A DNA stretch of 64,000 nucleotides from a bacterium. Lineage in GTDB: Bacteria; SM23-81; DAOVCL01. A program made the position numbers and the translations under genes. The notes beneath the pieces were generated by a model. It ran no database searches. It was given only the letters and a program-made list of their open reading frames with translations, and had not been told where the DNA came from. Numbering within the stretch: the stretch's first letter is position 1; the number at the start of each line of letters is the position of its first letter. The stretch is taken from the NCBI GenBank assembly GCA_029932675.1, contig JAOZPP010000001.1, positions 24,099 through 88,098 on the forward strand, read 5' to 3'. Positions 47,992 through 55,360 of the stretch are shown here, piece by piece.

Positions 47992-48424
47992 CAATAACTT
48001 CGAGGCTCTGACTTACTTTGGTTTTAAAGGTCCCTCCTTTTCCTCCCCAAATTCGCTCAGAAAAAAGGAACCATCCGCCCGGTTTTAATGAATGAAAAAT
48101 CTGCACACAAAGTCTCTCAATTTCCGGAATATGATGTAAAGCATCCCAAGCTGTAACCAGATCATATTTGTTTGGAGTTAACTCGTATTTATTCAAATCC
48201 GCCACAATCCAGTTGATTTTCCCTAGGGGTTTTTGCTTCAGTTGACTATGATATTTTTTAGCTACGTTGATTTCCCTTTCACTACAATCCACAGCATCGA
48301 CAATTTTCCCGGCCCATGCCATTTCTAAACTCAGCCACCCTGCACCGCGACCAAGATCAAGCGCTCTATCCCCGCGGCATCCCCTGGCAAACAGAGTCAA
48401 GGTTCTCCGAAATAAGCTCCTCAT
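47975..48424 (-). CDS. class I SAM-dependent methyltransferase
   Basis: Motif I ALDLGRGAGWLSLEMA. Start moved to ATG 48422-48424 (MRSLFRR) because the upstream in-frame extension to 48589 would overlap the ACP gene by 224 nt in another frame. Confidence 0.5.
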   Translation of the reverse strand: MRSLFRRTLTLFARGCRGDRALDLGRGAGWLSLEMAWAGKIVDAVDCSEREINVAKKYHSQLKQKPLGKINWIVADLNKYELTPNKYDLVTAWDALHHIPEIERLCVQIFHSLKPGGWFLFSERIWGGKGGTFKTKVSQSLEVIVPDYS

Positions 48425-48626
48425 CCTCAACCTGAATGCCAAATGTCTCCTCGACGAAGGAAACCAATTCGAGAACTCCAGTTGAATCGATGATCCCCTT
48501 TTCCAGAAAGGAATCATTGTTCTTAAGCTTATCTTGGTTGTGTCCAAACGGGAAATTATCAAAAATGAATTTTCTAATCTGTTCCTCAATGGACATCTCT
48601 GCTTCTCCTGCAGAAGGGTTCAACAT
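48366..48626 (-). CDS. acyl carrier protein-like
   Basis: 85 aa with GIIDSTGVLELVSFVEETFGIQVEDEE, an ACP-type phosphopantetheine-attachment helix (DSxG). Confidence 0.55.
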   Translation of the reverse strand: MLNPSAGEAEMSIEEQIRKFIFDNFPFGHNQDKLKNNDSFLEKGIIDSTGVLELVSFVEETFGIQVEDEELISENLDSVCQGMPRG

Positions 48627-48684
48627 AAAGAACAGGGATTAAACCGTTCAAGTCGTTTGGCCGTTTAAATAGTTCACAACCAGC

Positions 48685-49524
48685 TTAAGGAAAATTGGTA
48701 TTCCTAAGCACCTCCTCTACCGGGGCGAATTCAAAGTCCCGGAGAAGTTTCTTGATTTTAATCTCTGTCACATCTAAGTTGGTGTAAGTCCGGAACTTAC
48801 TCAAAAATTTAAGCTCAACCTTTGGGGGAGTGGGATCTATCTCCCAGGGGTGGAAATAGATAATGGCCGGTTTACCCTCTGAATTAATCTTCCTTATCCC
48901 CTTCTTCACGAACCAATATGGATAAATCCTCAAATAGCCTCCGCCAGCTATGGGCATATTTCTTCCCCACAGCCGATAGGTGGACAAGGGAAATTCGAAG
49001 AATCTCTTCCCACTCTCCAGCTTCACTCGATAAGGGAAGCGCGGAGCGGTGGGGACTCCATACCTATCGTGGAGGATAGGAAAGACGCTGGAGTCATATT
49101 CAAATCCCAATTCGCTTAGAATATCCCAAGCCCAAAAGGTATCAACTGTTATGGAAAAGCTTGGTGCTCTGTACCCCCTAACCTTCACTCCGGAGACCTT
49201 TTCAATCGCCTCCATTGCCCTGGTTACATCTTCTCTAAACTCCTCTTTGCTCTGTTTATAGATTAACCGATGGGCATATCCATGGGTGGCTATCTCATGC
49301 CCTTCCTCCTTTATCTTAAGGACCAGCTCTGGAAATCTTTCGGCAATCCAACCGAGAACGAAAAAGGTGGCTTTTGTCCTTTTAACATTCAACAATTTTA
49401 AGATGTGAAGGAGGTTAGCCTCCACCCTGCTCTCACACTTATCCCAGTTCTTATATCCTATAACCTCATCGAATTCAGAGGCCTGAAACCAGTCCTCCAC
49501 ATCTATGCTAAGGGCATTCTTCAT
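48685..49524 (-). CDS. polysaccharide deacetylase family protein (PEP-CTERM/exosortase-locus subfamily type with DUF3473-like C-terminus)
   Basis: LSIDVEDWFQ...ATFFVLGWIAERFPELVLKIKEEGHEIATHGYAHRL...GYRAPSFS. Confidence 0.7.
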   Translation of the reverse strand: MKNALSIDVEDWFQASEFDEVIGYKNWDKCESRVEANLLHILKLLNVKRTKATFFVLGWIAERFPELVLKIKEEGHEIATHGYAHRLIYKQSKEEFREDVTRAMEAIEKVSGVKVRGYRAPSFSITVDTFWAWDILSELGFEYDSSVFPILHDRYGVPTAPRFPYRVKLESGKRFFEFPLSTYRLWGRNMPIAGGGYLRIYPYWFVKKGIRKINSEGKPAIIYFHPWEIDPTPPKVELKFLSKFRTYTNLDVTEIKIKKLLRDFEFAPVEEVLRNTNFP

Positions 49525-49866
49525 AACCTATTTCCAATGAAGCCCACATACAATTAGAAACTTTCCCGGCGGGTAAAACCATCCATAAACCACAGATGAC
49601 CTCCCTTAACTAAAAACCCCCTGGGGAATGCGTTGAGGTTTCTCTCTAAACTATTTAACTGGGTGAACACAGACTTCCGCGGATAAAATCAACACTGCTC
49701 GTGGCTTGTTACACTACGCTAAATTTCCTTCCCAGTGCTTATAGCTTGAAGAATGAAGTGGTTCTTATTTCGTTTCATTCACCTCCCCAGTAGCCAGTGA
49801 CCCATAAAGGATGACCTGGGAAATATCAAATTTTCTACTTCTCTCAAGATCAAATCTGCAGATTTT

Positions 49867-49968
49867 ATCCCGGATTATTCACAAATTCACAGCACCTCTC
49901 AAATCGCTGAGGCCTCTTGCTGTAGGGACTCCGCCTTAGCGGAGCCCGAGGAAGCGAACAGACTGTCC
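49867..49968. repeat. right copy of the inverted repeat pair (about 90% identical to ~47896-47991 in opposite orientation, with a 17-nt insertion)
   Basis: TCCCGGATTATTCACAAATTCACAGCACCTCTCAAATCGCTGAGGCCTCTTGCTGTAGGGA... The plus strand reads ATC CCG GAT TAT TCA CAA (IPDYSQ), a pseudo-copy of the methyltransferase C-terminus VIVPDYS*. Confidence 0.6.
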
Positions 49969-50120
49969 CTCCAAGACATAATACCTTAAATTTAAAAGGA
50001 TTGTGCCATTTCGTTTCCAATTTGTGAACAATTGAGGTTAACGACTTTAAGGCAAAATATTCATAAACCACCGATGAGCACAAGTTTTCCCAGGCACAAT
50101 CGCAACCCCCCAAAAAAACA

Positions 50121-50155
50121 TCGTAGTTCGTTGATCGCAGCTCGTTACTTGTGAG
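50121..50155. repeat. CGTNNNT heptamer array (third locus)
   Basis: CGTAGTT CGTTGAT CGCAGCT CGTTACT TGTGAGG. Confidence 0.5.
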
Positions 50156-50497
50156 GGGCCTCGGAGGAGCTTACTATCGAAAACCTTTAACCACTTTAAA
50201 ATGCCTCTCCCACCAGGGGACGAAGGATTCTCGAACCAGGTATAATCCTCACCCTCTCCCTAGTCCTCCCCCATCAAGGGGGAGGAGACCTTCCTGAACG
50301 CCCACTCCTGTGAGCGAGGAGGTTCACTAAATTCAATTAAGTTGTCAAAAATCATAAGTGGGGGAGAGTTAGCCCCTCAAGCCTACCTGGAAAACCTTGC
50401 TCAAAAACAAGATCTTGCAAATTTTAGCACAAACAGCTAACTACATAGATGTTAACTCATCGTCTGCTCGCTTAGAACCTAAGGGGATAAGCAAGAT

Positions 50498-51232
50498 CTA
50501 TCTTGTCTGCAGATTCCCCTTCCCAGATCTTCTGGTCCCCGGTCGCGGTTTCTTATAATACTTGTAGCCGTAATACTTGTAGTCATAGTAATATGGAAGG
50601 ACCTTCTTCGCGTTGTTCAGCACCACCCCAATCAGGTTCACCCCCCCCTCCCTGAGGAGGTCCACTGCCCTCTTAGCCACCTCCCTCTGGGTCTTCCCCG
50701 CCTCTATTACCAAGAGGACCCCGTCCATCTCAGAGCTCAAGATCAATGGGTCACTCACCGGGATGACTGGAGCACAGTCAACGACTATGGTTTGAAAGTA
50801 AAATTTGAGCTCGGAGAATATCTCTTTTATTAGGTTAGAGTTGAAAAGCTCCACTGGGCTTCCGTCCAAGATCCCACTGGTGAGAACCTTCAGGTTCGGC
50901 AAGGGGGTGGATTTGAAACAGGTCTTCAAGGGAACCCCCTTAGTAAGAACTTCGGCTATTCCCCCCTCTCGTTCCAAACCAAAAAGGCTATGTTGAATCG
51001 GCCGGCGGAGGTCACAGTCCACCAAGAGAGTCTTGGTCTCCCTATATTTGGAAATGGCTATAGAGAGGAAAGCGGCCAGAGTACTCTTTCCTTCCCCCAC
51101 AGATGGGCTGGTGATCAAGAAATTCTTCATCTCCCCTTGGGAGGATAACCCCCTGATCCGGGAGTAAAGCCTCCGGAACTCCGTGGGACCGGGAGACTCC
51201 TCGTCGTAAAAAGAGAGTATGTTGTTGTTCAT
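50498..51232 (-). CDS. BY-kinase (CpsD/CapB-type tyrosine autokinase, P-loop ATPase) with C-terminal tyrosine cluster
   Basis: Walker A SPSVGEGKST, A' LLVDCDLRRP, B IVVDCAPV. C-terminal YYYDYKYYGYKYYKK. Confidence 0.75.
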   Translation of the reverse strand: MNNNILSFYDEESPGPTEFRRLYSRIRGLSSQGEMKNFLITSPSVGEGKSTLAAFLSIAISKYRETKTLLVDCDLRRPIQHSLFGLEREGGIAEVLTKGVPLKTCFKSTPLPNLKVLTSGILDGSPVELFNSNLIKEIFSELKFYFQTIVVDCAPVIPVSDPLILSSEMDGVLLVIEAGKTQREVAKRAVDLLREGGVNLIGVVLNNAKKVLPYYYDYKYYGYKYYKKPRPGTRRSGKGNLQTR

Positions 51233-51282
51233 TTTACCTCAATGCGATGTTAACGACCAATAGTCAATATACAATAATTAAT

Positions 51283-51339
51283 TAGCAATGATCAATTAGC
51301 AAGCTCAAATTAAGAATTGAGCAATGGTCAATTAACAAG
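51283..51339. promoter_or_regulatory. paired direct repeats TAGCAATGATCAATTAGCAAG / GAGCAATGGTCAATTAACAAG flanking an imperfect palindrome; candidate regulator binding site
   Basis: 18/21 identical copies spaced 36 bp, upstream of the BY-kinase gene. A related ATCAATTAGCAAG lies at ~52541-52553 upstream of the TPR gene. Confidence 0.35.
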
Positions 51340-51403
51340 TGGGAGAAAAGCGAGATGTTCATTGATAATTGTCCACTGCTCATTGACCATTTTTACTTGC
51401 TTC

Positions 51404-52522
51404 CTATTTCATAAAGACCTTGAGGAGGAGGTGGAAACCCTTGCTGTCGTTTTCAGCGAGCTTTAGGTTCCTTTTCGCCTTTTCATAGTCTGGGTTTATC
51501 CTTAATGCCTGTCTGAAGTGGTGGATTGCCCGTTCGTTGATATACTTGCAGAGGACGGTATAGGCTATCCCTAAATCGTTATGGATATCCGCAAAGTGGG
51601 GATTCTTCTTAGCAAAATCCTCTAAGCTTTGAATGTACTGCCTCATCGTGGTATCATCTATCTCATCCTCCCTATGTAGAAACCGGAGATAGAAGTCCAG
51701 GGAGAGGGATTCAGCTTGCGAAATGCCCTCCTCGTCCCTGGCCTGATTAAACTCCTTCCAAGCCTCCTCCAATTGATCATTGAGGAGGTGCGCCTTTCCC
51801 CTCTCAAAACCCTCATTACGATAGCCAGGGTTCAATGTTGCCGCCTTTTCCATTGCTTCTAAGGCCTTCCTCTTCAGGTCTGTAGCCAGGGAGTAATCCT
51901 CCTTTACTATTCCATTGAGGATCAAGGCCAAGCTCAGGTTATAATATGCCTCTGCATAATAAGGATTGATCCCCACAGCTTTCTGAAAGCTGTCCGCAGC
52001 AAGCTTGCATTTTTGGGCCTTCAAATAGGCTGCCCCTAAGTTGTTATAGTAGTCCGCATAGTCAGGATCGATGCTTAAGGCCCTCTGAAAGGATAAGATG
52101 GCCTCTGCGGTTCTCTCTAAAGCCAGTTGAGCTTTACCTAAATTGTTGTATATTTTAGAGATGCTCGGATTTGCCCTTATGGCCTCCTGAAATTCGGCAA
52201 TCGCTTCCTCATACATTCCCTTTTCCAGGAAGGCTAAACCAACCCTGTTCTTCGCCTCCGCCTGATTAGAACCTGCAAGGCTCTCGGAAAGCTTAAGAAG
52301 GGATTCAGTCTCTTCCTTCTTCTCCTCATGAAGGGATTTAACCAAGGCTAAAAGAGATTCGTCAGATATCTGCGGATCATAGGAAATTTCATAAGATTTT
52401 ATTAAATTTCCTCCTTCGAAAAGGGAGCAAATTATCCTGTTTTGGAAGGCGTTATTTGATGTCTGAAGTAGATATTCTTTCCCTTTAGCCTTTATGGAAC
52501 TGCTAAAGCCAAAATTAGCCAT
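51404..52522 (-). CDS. TPR repeat protein (exopolysaccharide locus)
   Basis: Multiple TPR motifs (AIAEFQEAIRANPSISKIYNNLGKAQLAL...). Start taken at ATG 52520-52522 (MANFGF). The listed longer ORF begins at a TTG. Confidence 0.6.
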   Translation of the reverse strand: MANFGFSSSIKAKGKEYLLQTSNNAFQNRIICSLFEGGNLIKSYEISYDPQISDESLLALVKSLHEEKKEETESLLKLSESLAGSNQAEAKNRVGLAFLEKGMYEEAIAEFQEAIRANPSISKIYNNLGKAQLALERTAEAILSFQRALSIDPDYADYYNNLGAAYLKAQKCKLAADSFQKAVGINPYYAEAYYNLSLALILNGIVKEDYSLATDLKRKALEAMEKAATLNPGYRNEGFERGKAHLLNDQLEEAWKEFNQARDEEGISQAESLSLDFYLRFLHREDEIDDTTMRQYIQSLEDFAKKNPHFADIHNDLGIAYTVLCKYINERAIHHFRQALRINPDYEKAKRNLKLAENDSKGFHLLLKVFMK

Positions 52523-52577
52523 CTTCCTCCTCACAAACAAATCAATTAGCAAGTTAAAGTAAACCCCAAGTGAGCCA

Positions 52578-53717
52578 CTAATCGGTCATTGTTCCGCCGC
52601 CCAGGGAGGCAAATCTAATCCTCTTCTCCTTAGTATTCAACCCCCTTTCCCTTAACCGGCGGTATATTGTGGAAGCGCTGAGATTTATAAACCCATAAGC
52701 AGAGGTACTCAATTCCCTTTGAATCGATTTGGGGCCCAATTGAGGGTTCTGTTTTACTATCTTCACTATTTCGTTGAAATGGGTGGGACCCCTCCGCGAA
52801 GCTCCGAACCCTGCTTTGCGCCGAGCCTTAATAAGGGCAATTCTCTCCCTTTTCACCTTCTCCCACTCTTCCCTTAACTTCTCCCTCTCCCTCTCCAATA
52901 ACCTCCTCTCCTCATCTAACTTTGCCCTCTCCTCCTTCAGTTTAGCCCATTCATCCTTCTCTGCCCCAGGCTGAACAGCGGGGGTCCCCTTAGAAGGGGC
53001 GGAAACAGACCTTTCGGCAAGTTCCTGACGCAGGGATTTTACTACAAGATGAAGGCGACGCAAACCGACTTTGGTATGACCATATCTCGCAGACCTAAGC
53101 ACTTTCCTCACCTTCCAAACCCCATAGGTGGGATTCTCCTGCAATATCTCCTCTACCTTCTCCTCTATGGTAAGTTCCCTCTTCTCCGGAGGTGGCTCTC
53201 CTCTTGGAGGGAGTTTTTGTTCCTCCTCCATTAAGGGAGCGACCTCCTCTGATAACGATGGGGCCCTCTTCTCCAATGGCGGGGGCACAGCCTCCTCCAC
53301 CTCAGGCTCCTCTGGCTGAATCATTATGGTCTCTTTAACCGGGGATATGGGGATTCCCAATCGGCGAAGAAACCTTTTCTCGGCTTCCTCTACTGTATCA
53401 AATGATTGAATGAAATAATCAAGCTCCAAGAGTTGAAAGACCTCCTGTACTCCGGGTTGCATTGCTGCAAGCTTGATATCTCCTCCGCGACTGCGCACCT
53501 CCTTTATCTGCCCGGTAAATATACCCCATCCCGCACTGCTAATGTAATTCACCCCAGAGAGGTCCACAATTACGCGCCATAGTCCCTTCTCTATGATGGT
53601 GGTCAAAGCCTTCTCCAAGTCATCAGCCGATTCGGCATCGAGCACCCCTCTCACCTCAACTATACATATCCTCCCCTCAGGAGGACCTACTGCCCTTATA
53701 GATATCTCAGCGCTCAT
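52578..53717 (-). CDS. STAS-domain (anti-sigma-factor-antagonist-like) protein fused to a Pro/Glu-rich coiled-coil region and two C-terminal HTH-like repeats
   Basis: N-terminal IVEVRGVLDAESADDLEKALTTIIEKGLWRVIVDLSGVNYISSAGWGIF is SpoIIAA-like. C-terminal repeats ENPTYGVWKVRKVLRSARYGHTKVGLRRL and QNPQLGPKSIQRELSTSAYGFINLSASTIYRRL. Confidence 0.5.
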   Translation of the reverse strand: MSAEISIRAVGPPEGRICIVEVRGVLDAESADDLEKALTTIIEKGLWRVIVDLSGVNYISSAGWGIFTGQIKEVRSRGGDIKLAAMQPGVQEVFQLLELDYFIQSFDTVEEAEKRFLRRLGIPISPVKETIMIQPEEPEVEEAVPPPLEKRAPSLSEEVAPLMEEEQKLPPRGEPPPEKRELTIEEKVEEILQENPTYGVWKVRKVLRSARYGHTKVGLRRLHLVVKSLRQELAERSVSAPSKGTPAVQPGAEKDEWAKLKEERAKLDEERRLLEREREKLREEWEKVKRERIALIKARRKAGFGASRRGPTHFNEIVKIVKQNPQLGPKSIQRELSTSAYGFINLSASTIYRRLRERGLNTKEKRIRFASLGGGTMTD

Positions 53718-55285
53718 TAACCCCTTCCTTGGAAAAAGGTGAGGTAGAAAAAGATGGAAAGAAGAACTAAGATAAAGAAAACCTTTAACCCAATGAATCT
53801 CTCCCTTTGCCTTAGCCTATGGGGGATCCCCATCCAGGGAATCGTTCCCAGGACAGGAAGTCCCAATAGAGCCTCCACTTCTTCAACTTTTTTAAAAGAG
53901 TGGTCCATATATTCGGTCAAAAACACCAAGCCAAAACCGGTCATAGAGCCGAGGATAAAACCTAAGAGGAGGAGTTTCCTGCGATCTGGTTTCACTGGTT
54001 TAAGGGGTTTGGTCGCCGGCTCCAGTATTTTGAACCTGTATTCTGCCTCTGCTCTTTTCAGGGATTCCTCGATCTGAGAGCCCTGCGATTGCTCTAAGAA
54101 CATATTGTAAAGCCTTCTGTTGGCCTCAACTTCATCCTGAAGCCTGGAAAGGGCCAGCTCCTGGGCAGGGCCTTTGGTCAAGCTCTTTGTATATTCACCA
54201 ATGAAATTTAAGAGGTTCTCCCTCTTTCTCTTCAAAAACTCCATACTTTCCTTGGTTATCTCAGCCTCAGCCAAGTTAGAGGAGGAGGTTTCCTTCCTGA
54301 TTAGTTGTTCAATTCTTCCCCGGATATCGGCAACAAGTTGGTTCAGCTTCACCACCTTTGCATCAGTCCAGGAATACCTCCCCAATAGCCCTGGTAGCTG
54401 GTCTATTGCCTTCCTTAGCTCATCTTTCAACCTGAGAAGTTGGGGAGAGGAATGGTGATTAAGGAGAGAAAGCTCCTGAGGGGTAAGCTTTGATTTGAGA
54501 AAATTTAGGTGATCCTCCGCCTCCTTTAACTCCATCTCGGTAGAGGAAATCATTGAATTTATCTGAGCTAAATTGGCGGAGGTAATGGAATAGTCCTGAA
54601 TTTGGCTTTTTAGCATCTTCTCCTTAAATTTGCGCAGTTTTTCCTCTGACTCCTTCAGTTTGGCTTGATAGATCTCCAACTGCTCTTTGCTGAAGTTCAA
54701 GGCCTCCCGGATTCCTCCCAGTTCGCCCTTCAGAGTCTCTTGAATAAAGATCTCGCTTAAGGTCTTCGCCACCTTATAGGCCCCCTCGGGAGTTGAGCTT
54801 CGTGCCTTTATCTTCAGGATGCCCTCCTGCTCAGAGTGAACATCAATTTTTCTCCGTAAAGAGTTAATTAACCAGGTCTCCATAATTTGATCTACCGTAA
54901 GGTCAGGGTAATTAGGCTTGGCCTTCATCGCTTTCTCCCTAAGAAGAGGATTATTCATTAAGCCTAATTTAACTATCAATTTACTCATATACTCCCGACA
55001 GGTGACTCTCCTCTTTAAGGCGTTGATCCACCATTGATACTCCCTACTTCCCGGCCTTTGGTCAGAACGGGAGCCAGGAACCATCCTCTGGACGGAGGAA
55101 CTTAGGAAATTTGTCCCCCCAACCATAATGGTAGTGGAGGACTCATAAACTGGAGATATCTTATAACTTCCCAAAAATACGGTAAGGAGGATAACCACTA
55201 AGGGCAAGAGGAAGAGATGTTTCCTCCGTAAAAAAATCTGCCAATACTCTCTAATATCTACTTTAATTCCCTGTTCCAACTGCAT
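53717..55285 (-). CDS. polysaccharide chain-length determinant protein (Wzz/GumC/EpsF-like co-polymerase)
   Basis: N-terminal TM after IDIREYWQIFLRRKHLFLLPLVVILLTVFLG. Long periplasmic coiled-coil. C-terminal TM. Overlaps the next gene by 1 nt. Confidence 0.7.
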   Translation of the reverse strand: MQLEQGIKVDIREYWQIFLRRKHLFLLPLVVILLTVFLGSYKISPVYESSTTIMVGGTNFLSSSVQRMVPGSRSDQRPGSREYQWWINALKRRVTCREYMSKLIVKLGLMNNPLLREKAMKAKPNYPDLTVDQIMETWLINSLRRKIDVHSEQEGILKIKARSSTPEGAYKVAKTLSEIFIQETLKGELGGIREALNFSKEQLEIYQAKLKESEEKLRKFKEKMLKSQIQDYSITSANLAQINSMISSTEMELKEAEDHLNFLKSKLTPQELSLLNHHSSPQLLRLKDELRKAIDQLPGLLGRYSWTDAKVVKLNQLVADIRGRIEQLIRKETSSSNLAEAEITKESMEFLKRKRENLLNFIGEYTKSLTKGPAQELALSRLQDEVEANRRLYNMFLEQSQGSQIEESLKRAEAEYRFKILEPATKPLKPVKPDRRKLLLLGFILGSMTGFGLVFLTEYMDHSFKKVEEVEALLGLPVLGTIPWMGIPHRLRQRERFIGLKVFFILVLLSIFFYLTFFQGRG

Positions 55286-55360
55286 TTTTTATTGAAGTAA
55301 AATTTATTTTTAAGGGACTCATATACCTTCTCTAATACCATTTTTTCATTTAGCTCATCC

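Noticed and set aside
49865-50113. 82-aa minus-strand ORF in the 970-bp noncoding region
   Set aside because: Its C-terminal codons are the pseudo-duplicated inverted repeat (CCEFVNNPG overlies the IPDYSQ pseudo-copy on the other strand). Low complexity and Cys-rich with no homologs. Judged spurious.
50221-50250. tRNA-like T-arm string CCTGGTTCGAGAATCC on the minus strand
   Set aside because: Flanking sequence cannot form acceptor, D or anticodon arms. It only forms a 5-bp stem with a 14-nt loop. No tRNA called.
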